Positions 1 to 8,089 of a stretch of 14,414 bases of DNA are shown piece by piece (positions within the stretch are counted from its first letter, which is position 1; every line of letters starts with the position of its first letter). A model generated the notes under the pieces. The model had not been told where the DNA came from. It did not search any database and worked only from the letters and a program-made list of their open reading frames with translations. The position numbers and the translations under genes are program-made. The stretch is from Candidatus Eiseniibacteriota bacterium (lineage in GTDB: Bacteria; ARS69), in contig JBQTGV010000126.1 in the NCBI GenBank assembly GCA_052390515.1, positions 1-14,414 on the forward strand, written 5' to 3'.

Positions 1-420
1 TCGCCGCACGCCGTCGCGTCCCGGGTGTACGAACGCGCGTCCGCGGCTTCGATCCGCCTGCTCGGGCGTGCGCTGGCCACGCTGGATGTGTCCGACGGAG
101 GTCGGGTGGCTTCCATCCACGTGACCCGGGACATGCTGGCCGAGACCGGCGCGGCGCCCGAGGACGCCGACGGCTTCTCGGCCTATCCACGGTTCATCGA
201 CGGAGTACGGGTGGGTCTCTTCTTCCGCGAGGCGGACGGAGGGATGGTGAAAGTGAGCTTTCGATCCAACGAGGGAGTGGACATTCATGGTGTCGCCGGC
301 CGGTTCGGAGGGGGCGGGCACGCCCGCGCCAGTGGGGCGCGGGTTCCAGGCCCGATCGAGGCGGCGAAAGAAAGCGTCGTCCGAGCCGTCTCCGAGCATC
401 TCCGCACTCTCGGCGGCTGA
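1..420 (+). CDS. nrnA: DHH-family phosphoesterase (NrnA-like oligoribonuclease/pAp phosphatase), C-terminal DHHA1 domain; 5'-truncated by the window edge
   Basis: Frame is open from base 1. Contains 'VKVSFRS...VDIHGVAGRFGGGGHARASG', the DHHA1 signature (SxRS...GGGGHxxAxG). Position just upstream of truB-ribF-rpsO-pnp is the common context for this family. Confidence 0.85.
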   Translation, partial: SPHAVASRVYERASAASIRLLGRALATLDVSDGGRVASIHVTRDMLAETGAAPEDADGFSAYPRFIDGVRVGLFFREADGGMVKVSFRSNEGVDIHGVAGRFGGGGHARASGARVPGPIEAAKESVVRAVSEHLRTLGG

Positions 421-1327
421 GCCGCCGGGCGTCTTCGCCGCGGACAAGCCCAAGGGACTGACGTCGCACGACGTCGTGGCTCGGGTACGCCGCGCGCTCG
501 GGGGCGCGAAGGTCGGCCACGCCGGCACGCTGGACCCCGACGCGACCGGCGTGCTGGTCCTCTGCGTGGGCCAGGCGACGAAGATCGCCGCGTTCCTGAT
601 GGAAGGCGTGAAGGAGTACCGCGGGGTGGGCCGCCTCGGGATCACCACCGACAGCCAGGACGCGACCGGCTCGGTGGTGTCGGAGCGTCCGGTGGCGGCC
701 GAGCCGGACGACGTCCGCCGCGAGGTCGCGCGGCTCACCGGGGCGCTCGACCAGATCCCCCCGATGTTCTCGGCGGTGAAGGTGGCCGGGCAGCGGCTCT
801 ACCGTCTCGCCCGGCGCGGCATGGAGGTCGAGCGGCAGCCTCGCCGCGTGGTCGTCCACTCGTTCGAGGTCGTGCGCATCGATCTTCCCGAGTTCGAGTT
901 CGTGCTGCGCTGCTCGAAGGGCACGTACGTGCGCACTCTCGTGCACGACCTGGGCGAAGCGCTGGGATGCGGAGCGCACTTGGCGGAGCTGGTTCGGCGC
1001 CGCCAGGGGACGTTCGCGCTGGAGAGCGCCGTGGCGTGGTCCGTGCTCGGCTCGGGCGGTGCCGCGGAAGCGGTGCGCGCCGCCTGCGTGGCGCCGGAAG
1101 TCGCCGTCGGGTTCCTGCCCGAGCGGCTGCTGCCGCCGGGCGCGGAGTTGCGGAAGGCCGGCGAGATCATCTCCCGCGAGCCGGCCGAGGGCGCCGAGGG
1201 CGAACTGGTTCGCCTCGTGAGCGGCATCGGTGTGGTGCGCGGCGTCGGGCGGTCGACCGCGGACGGCCTGCGCGTCCTGCACTGGTTCCCGTCGGCCGCT
1301 CCGTTTGGCCGGGGGAGGCGGGCGTGA
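287..1327 (+). CDS. truB: tRNA pseudouridine(55) synthase TruB (start codon uncertain; conserved domain begins near 428)
   Basis: Motifs 'DKPKGLTSHDVV', catalytic 'KVGHAGTLDPDATGVL', 'QIPPMFSAVKVAGQRLY' and 'CSKGTYVRTLVHDLG'. Stop TGA 1325-1327 overlaps the ribF start (GTGA). Confidence 0.95.
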   Translation: MVSPAGSEGAGTPAPVGRGFQARSRRRKKASSEPSPSISALSAAEPPGVFAADKPKGLTSHDVVARVRRALGGAKVGHAGTLDPDATGVLVLCVGQATKIAAFLMEGVKEYRGVGRLGITTDSQDATGSVVSERPVAAEPDDVRREVARLTGALDQIPPMFSAVKVAGQRLYRLARRGMEVERQPRRVVVHSFEVVRIDLPEFEFVLRCSKGTYVRTLVHDLGEALGCGAHLAELVRRRQGTFALESAVAWSVLGSGGAAEAVRAACVAPEVAVGFLPERLLPPGAELRKAGEIISREPAEGAEGELVRLVSGIGVVRGVGRSTADGLRVLHWFPSAAPFGRGRRA

Positions 1328-2268
1328 TCGTCTTCCGCCACCGCGACGAGCTCCGCGATCTGCCCGGTCCCTTCGGAGTCACGGTCAGCGTGTTCGACGG
1401 CGTGCATCGCGGGCACGTGGCCATCGTGCGGGCGCTGCAGAGGGAGTGCGCGCTCGACGGAGCATCGGCGGTGGTCGTCGCGCTGGACCCGCACCCGCTC
1501 GAAGTGCTTCGCCCGGAGAAGGCGCCGAGACTTCTCACCACGGCGGAGGAGCGCGTCGAGCTCCTCGCGCGGCACGGTGCAGCCGCCGTCTTCGTCTTCG
1601 CCTTCTCCCGGGAGACCGCGGCTCTCGCCCCCGCGGAGTTCCTGACGCGTCTTCTCCCGGAGAACGCGCGGCTCTCCACGCTGGTGGTCGGCCACGACTT
1701 CCGTATGGGCAAAGGTCGCGCGGCCGGCTACGAGGAGCTGCGCGAGCAGGGTGAGACCGCCGGGTTCCGCGTCATCCGCGTCGGCCCCGAGGGCGGAGAG
1801 GAGCCCGTCTCCTCGACCCGTATCCGTGAGCTCGTGGCCGAGGGGGCCGTGGCCGACGCGGCGAAGCTCCTCGGGCACCCCTACCTGGCGAGGGGGGTCG
1901 TGGTGAAGGGGCGCGGGATCGGCCGGACGCTCGATTTCCCCACCGCGAACGTCGATGTGGGGGACAGGCGGAAGCTCCTCCCCGCGTTCGGCGTCTATGC
2001 GGTGCGCGTTCGCATCGCCGGGGACCCGGGAGAGGCCCGGCCCGGGGCGCTGAACCGCGGGACTCGGCCGACCTTCGACGGCGGAGAGCCGACGATGGAG
2101 GTGCACCTGCCCGGTTTCGAGGGGGACCTGATCGGCCGCACCCTGTCGATCGAGTTCGTCGATCGGATCCGGGACGAGCGCCGATTCGACGGGCCCGAGG
2201 CGCTCGCGGCCCGGATCGAGGTGGACCTCCGGGAGGCTCGCAAGATCCTGGAAAAGCACGAGATCTGA
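1324..2268 (+). CDS. ribF: Bifunctional riboflavin kinase / FMN adenylyltransferase (FAD synthetase), ~314 aa
   Basis: GTG at 1324 overlaps the truB stop, with GGGGGAGG at 1311-1318 as SD. Motifs 'FDGVHRGH', 'VVGHDFRMG', 'VSSTRIR', '[10 protein letters not shown]', 'GTRPTF', 'EVHL' and 'IRDERRF'. The ORF-track start at 967 is too far upstream. Confidence 0.95.
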   Translation: MIVFRHRDELRDLPGPFGVTVSVFDGVHRGHVAIVRALQRECALDGASAVVVALDPHPLEVLRPEKAPRLLTTAEERVELLARHGAAAVFVFAFSRETAALAPAEFLTRLLPENARLSTLVVGHDFRMGKGRAAGYEELREQGETAGFRVIRVGPEGGEEPVSSTRIRELVAEGAVADAAKLLGHPYLARGVVVKGRGIGRTLDFPTANVDVGDRRKLLPAFGVYAVRVRIAGDPGEARPGALNRGTRPTFDGGEPTMEVHLPGFEGDLIGRTLSIEFVDRIRDERRFDGPEALAARIEVDLREARKILEKHEI

Positions 2269-2281
2269 GGGAGATCCTTGC

Positions 2282-2310
2282 TTGTCCCCCCGGCGATCCT
2301 CTGGTAGATT
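2282..2310 (+). promoter_or_regulatory. Putative sigma70 promoter for rpsO-pnp
   Basis: TTGTCC (2282-2287), 17-bp spacer, TAGATT (2305-2310), with an extended -10 TG at 2302-2303. Lies in the ribF-rpsO intergenic region. Confidence 0.65.
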
Positions 2311-2316
2311 CCCCGG

Positions 2317-2387
2317 CTGTTGCGGCGACGAGACGAAATGATGGGCCCGCCACCGAGTGCGGGTGCCCGAAGGAGATCCCGGTTCCC
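2317..2387 (+). promoter_or_regulatory. rpsO 5' leader with a hairpin abutting the SD; candidate S15 autoregulatory leader
   Basis: GGGC-CCG-C-CAC-CGA-GTG-CGG-GT-GCCC (2343-2368) can fold as an imperfect hairpin just before AAGGAG (2370-2375). The S15 leader role is inferred from position. Confidence 0.4.
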
Positions 2388-2657
2388 ATGACCATGTCGA
2401 AGGAGGACAAGTCGGGCATCATCAGCCGCCATAGGCTGCACGAGACCGACTCCGGTTCCCCCGAGGTCCAGATCGCCCTCCTCACGGAGCGCATCAACTA
2501 CCTCACCGAGCACTTCAAGACGCACAAGAAGGACCACCACTCCCGCCGCGGCCTGCTGAAGCTGGTCGGGCGGCGCCGTCGCCTCCTGGACTATCTCAAG
2601 GCGAACCGGGTGGACCGCTACCGGGCGATCGTGAAGGAGCTGGGTCTCCGCAAGTAG
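2388..2657 (+). CDS. rpsO: 30S ribosomal protein S15
   Basis: 89 aa with '[50 protein letters not shown]...ELGLRK', the unmistakable S15 sequence. Confidence 0.99.
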   Translation: MTMSKEDKSGIISRHRLHETDSGSPEVQIALLTERINYLTEHFKTHKKDHHSRRGLLKLVGRRRRLLDYLKANRVDRYRAIVKELGLRK

Positions 2658-2667
2658 CGCACACGCA

Positions 2668-2690
2668 GCCCGTCCTCGAAGGGCACGGGC
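2668..2690 (+). other. GC-rich stem-loop in the rpsO-pnp spacer (no U-tract)
   Basis: GCCCGT-CCT-CGAA-GGG-C-ACGGGC: GCCCGT pairs with ACGGGC. Followed directly by the pnp SD AAAGGA (2693-2698). Confidence 0.5.
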
Positions 2691-2702
2691 CGAAAGGAAA
2701 TC

Positions 2703-4903
<2,201 letters not shown>

Positions 4904-4907
<4 letters not shown>

Positions 4908-6196
4908 TCCGGGCGGCGGCGCGCGCGGCCTGGCTCGCGGCGCTCTTCGCCGCTGCCTGCGCACCGTCGGGATCCGAGGACGAGATCGTGGAACCGAGCG
5001 GCGACTTCGATCCGGAGGTCGCCGCTTTGCTCGATTCCCTCACGGCGGCGGCGCGCCGCCAGCCGCGGGACGGGGAGGCGCGTGGGACGTTGGGCCTCGC
5101 CTACGCCGCCAACGGCCTCCGCGAGTCGGCCGCCGTCACCTTCGATCAGGCCACCGCGCTCGCGCCGGCGGAGCCCCGCTGGTGGTACCACGCGGCCCTC
5201 GCGCGGGCGGAGCTGGGTGACCTGACCGCGGCGGCCGCACGCATGGACAGCGTCGTCAGCCGCACGGAAGACTACGCGCCGGCGTGGTGGCGGCGGGGCG
5301 AATGGGCCCAGGCGGCCGGCGATCTCGACCGCGCCGAGGAGTCGTTTCGCCGCGCGGCCGAGATCCTCCCGGACCATCCCGCAGGCTGGATCGGCCTCGC
5401 GCGGATCCGGCTGCAGCGCGAGGACGCGGCCGGCGCCGCGAAGCTGCTCGAAGAGCTGCTCGCCCGGGAACCGCTCCCGACGTTCCTCCCGTACATCCAT
5501 CAGCTTCTCGGAACCGCCTACGCCCGCGGCGGGAACGCCGAGGCGGCGAAGGTCCATCTCGCGCTCGGCCTCTCGGGCCGCCCACCCTGGAGCGACCGCT
5601 GGGCGAAAGAGATCGACGACTACCGGGTGTCGGTGAGCGAGAAAGTTCGCGCCGCCATCAAGGCGTCCCGGTCCGAGCGGCACGAGGAGGTGCTGGCCAT
5701 TCTCGAGCCGCTGCGCGCCACCGCGTCGGACGACGCGCGCGTGCTGGAGCCGCTCGGCGTCGCCTACTTCCATCTGGGCCGCATCCCCGAGGCGAAGCGC
5801 GCGTTCGACGAGCTGATCGCGCAGGATCCGGACAACGCGTTCGCCTGGGCCCACCTGAGCCATGTGCACGAAGCGATGGACGCTCCGGCCGAGGCGCTGC
5901 GTGCGGCGCGCCGGGCGGTCGAGCTGAACCCGCGGATCGCGCGGACGCACCGCCGCCTCGCCGACGTGCTGCAGCGGCTGGGGCGCTTCGACGACGCGCT
6001 CGCTTCCTACGACGAGGCCATCCGGCACGACCCGGACGACGTCGATCTGCTGCTCGCGGCGGCGTCGCTCGCCGCGGATCTCGGTCGCGAGGAGCAGGCT
6101 GCGGCGCGGCTCGACCGCGTCGAGGCGCTCCGGCCCCTCGGGGAGCCGCAGGCGAGGGAGATCCGAGCGCGCCTGGTGACGGGGTCGAAGCGATGA
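4904..6196 (+). CDS. Tetratricopeptide-repeat (TPR) protein, probable lipoprotein (start uncertain: GTA 4904 or GTG 4988)
   Basis: Multiple TPR-like helical repeats, e.g. 'ARGTLGLAYAANG...AAVTFDQATALAP', 'AWWRRGEWAQAAGDLDRAEESFRRAAEILP', 'LGVAYFHLGRIPEAKRAFDELIAQDP' and 'LADVLQRLGRFDDALASYDEAIRHDP'. The N-terminus 'VVRAAARAAWLAALFAAAC' looks like a signal peptide with lipobox (Cys 4958-4960). Confidence 0.85.
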
Positions 6197-7896
6197 GCGG
6201 GCGGCGCGTGGTCACGGTGGGGATCGTGCTGGGGATGCTCGCCGGGTGCGGCGGAGGGGATTCGGTGCCGCCGGAGCGCGCGCCGCAGAGGGCCCCGGAG
6301 GGCTCCGCCGGGCCGTTGCCGGCCGGTGTGTGGTTCGAGGACGTCACCCGGCGGAGCGGCGTCGACTTCGTGCACCGCTCCGGCCGGCGGGAGAAGCCGC
6401 TCTTCCCGGAGATCATGGGCGGCGGCTGTGCCGTGTTCGACATGGACGGGGACGTGGACCTGGACCTCTACCTGGTGCAGTCCGGCAGTCTGCACGAACC
6501 GGGCGGGGAGGACGCGCGCAACCGGCTCTACGAGAACCGCGGCGACGGCACCTTCGCCGACGTCACCGACGGCTCGGGCGCGGACGACCGCGGGTACGGC
6601 ATGGGCGTGGCCGTCGGCGATTACGACGGCGACGGCGACCCCGATCTCTACGTGACGAACGTCGGCCCGAACGTCCTGCTGCGCAACGACGGGGGCGGAC
6701 GCTTCGCCGACGTGACCGCGGCGGCCGGCGTCGGCGAACCCGCCTGGAGCACGAGCGCCGCTTTCGCCGATCTCGACGCAGACGGGGACCTGGATCTCTT
6801 CGTCGCCAACTACGTGGCCTGGGCGAAGGAGAACGAGATGGAGTGCCTCAACGCGTTCGGCGTGCCGGACTACTGTCTGCCGCTCGCCTACGAGGCTCCC
6901 ACCCGGGACACGCTGTACCGAAACGACGGCGACGGCACGTTCTCCGACGTCTCCGAGGCGGGGGGGATCGGCGCCGTGACGGCGTACGGGCTGGGCGTCG
7001 CTTGCGCGGACTTCGACGGCGACGGCCGCATCGACGTGTTCGTCGCCAACGACAGCGTCTTCAACCAGCTCTGGATGAACCGCGGGGGCCTCGTCTTCGA
7101 GGACGAGGCGCTCTTCCGCGGGTGCGCGGTGGATGAAGACGGCGTGGCGAAGGCGGGGATGGGAGTGCAGGCCGTCGACTACGACGACGACGGCGACCAG
7201 GACGTGATCGTGGCGAACCTGGAACGGCAGTCGGACTCGTTCTACGCGAACGAGGGGGGGGTCTTCCACGACCGGACGGCGCTCGTGGGCCTCGGCGTCG
7301 TGTCCCGCGCGTTCACGCGTTTCGGCCTCGGCTTCCAGGACTTCGATCAGGACGGCTGGCTGGATCTGTACATCGCCACGGGGCGGGTGGTCCTGCCGCC
7401 GGAGCCGGTAGCCGGGGATCCGTACGCGGAGCCGGACCTGCTCTTCCGCGGCGCGAAGGGCGGCGTGATGACCGAGGTGCTGCCGCGGGGCGGAACGGCG
7501 GAGTCGGCGGTGCTTACGGGGCGAGGAGCGGCGTTCGGCGATCTCGACGGCGACGGCGCGGTGGACGTCGTCGTAGCCAATCGGGACGGTCCGGTGCAGA
7601 TCCTGCGCAACGTGGTGGCGGAGCGGGGCCGGCGCGTCACGCTGCGGGTGCTGGAGCGCTCCGGTGCCAATGCGCTCGGGGCGCGCGTCACGGCGCGCCT
7701 CGGAGAGCGGACGATCACCCGCATCGTGCAGTCCGGCTACAGCTACCAGGCAGCCAGCGATCCCGCGGTCCACATCGGCACGGGCGACGCGGAGGGCGTG
7801 GACGCGGTCTCCGTGACCTGGGTGGACGGAGAGGAGACTCCGTTCGGGCCGCTCGGTGCGGGAGAGACGCACATGCTGCGACGGGGTGCGCGCTGA
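6193..7896 (+). CDS. CRTAC1-family lipoprotein: FG-GAP/VCBS-type beta-propeller plus C-terminal ASPIC/UnbV domain, ~567 aa
   Basis: ATG 6193 overlaps the upstream stop (ATGA). Signal peptide and lipobox 'MSGRRVVTVGIVLGMLAGC'. Seven DxDxDG-type repeats: DMDGDVDLD, DYDGDGDPD, DLDADGDLD, DFDGDGRID, DYDDDGDQD, DFDQDGWLD, DLDGDGAVD. C-terminal 'ALGARV...SGYSYQAASDPAVHIGTG...VTWVDG' is typical of UnbV/ASPIC. Confidence 0.9.
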   Translation: MSGRRVVTVGIVLGMLAGCGGGDSVPPERAPQRAPEGSAGPLPAGVWFEDVTRRSGVDFVHRSGRREKPLFPEIMGGGCAVFDMDGDVDLDLYLVQSGSLHEPGGEDARNRLYENRGDGTFADVTDGSGADDRGYGMGVAVGDYDGDGDPDLYVTNVGPNVLLRNDGGGRFADVTAAAGVGEPAWSTSAAFADLDADGDLDLFVANYVAWAKENEMECLNAFGVPDYCLPLAYEAPTRDTLYRNDGDGTFSDVSEAGGIGAVTAYGLGVACADFDGDGRIDVFVANDSVFNQLWMNRGGLVFEDEALFRGCAVDEDGVAKAGMGVQAVDYDDDGDQDVIVANLERQSDSFYANEGGVFHDRTALVGLGVVSRAFTRFGLGFQDFDQDGWLDLYIATGRVVLPPEPVAGDPYAEPDLLFRGAKGGVMTEVLPRGGTAESAVLTGRGAAFGDLDGDGAVDVVVANRDGPVQILRNVVAERGRRVTLRVLERSGANALGARVTARLGERTITRIVQSGYSYQAASDPAVHIGTGDAEGVDAVSVTWVDGEETPFGPLGAGETHMLRRGAR

Positions 7897-7920
7897 TCGC
7901 AACCTCGTTGAGCCGTCCCC

Positions 7921-7951
7921 TTGACGCTTGCCCCCCCCCCCGGAGTAGATT
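7921..7951 (+). promoter_or_regulatory. Putative sigma70 promoter with a poly-C tract in the spacer
   Basis: TTGACG (7921-7926), 19-bp spacer CTTG-C11-GGAG, TAGATT (7946-7951). Same -10 hexamer as the rpsO promoter. Confidence 0.6.
7931..7941. repeat. Homopolymer C11
   Basis: Eleven consecutive C residues, the longest homopolymer I saw in the window. Confidence 0.9.
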
Positions 7952-7955
7952 GAGT

Positions 7956-8076
7956 CTGGTCAGCGAACGACTATTGACGTACCTCCGGCAATCCCCCGCC
8001 GGCGGTGCTGACCGGGCGGGCGCGTCCCGCGAGCAGGGATCCCGCCGCGGGACGTGTCCAAGCTGGGTACCCGAGC
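7956..8076 (+). ncRNA. Candidate structured 5' leader RNA (cis-regulatory; no family recognised)
   Basis: Stems: CTGGTCAGC 7956-7964 / GCTGACCGG 8007-8015, enclosing CCGGC 7985-7989 / GCCGG 7998-8002; GGGCGCGTCCCGCG 8018-8031 / CGCGGGACGTGTCC 8046-8059 (14 bp including 2 G-U); and a small hairpin GCTGGGTACCCGAGC 8062-8076 next to the G-rich SD. Confidence 0.4.
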
Positions 8077-8089
8077 CGGGGGGAACGCC

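Noticed and set aside
967-1323. Long N-terminal extensions given by the ORF track for ribF (967), TPR (4352), CRTAC1 (5284) and DNRLRE (12266)
   Set aside because: The extensions are Arg/Pro/Gly-rich alternative-frame translations of the upstream genes. Better starts with SD, overlap or signal peptide exist downstream.
1378-1416. RibF adenylyltransferase motif reads '[11 protein letters not shown]' instead of the usual 'GxFDGxHxGH'
   Set aside because: A single Gly-to-Ser change with FDG and HxGH intact is not enough to infer loss of function.
6445-7570. Recurring GAC-GGC-GAC DNA repeats as a CRISPR or repeat array
   Set aside because: They are the codons of the FG-GAP DxDxDG protein repeats, degenerate and inside a CDS. 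No CRISPR array, tRNA, rRNA or transposase was seen anywhere in the window.
7974-8002. Second TTGACG hexamer as another -35 box
   Set aside because: No plausible -10 hexamer lies 16-18 bp downstream.
7956-8015. Possible c-di-GMP-I riboswitch (GACG...CCTCCGGC resembles part of that motif)
   Set aside because: The GGCAAA, GNRA-tetraloop and GCAAAG elements are not present. Kept only as an unassigned structured leader.
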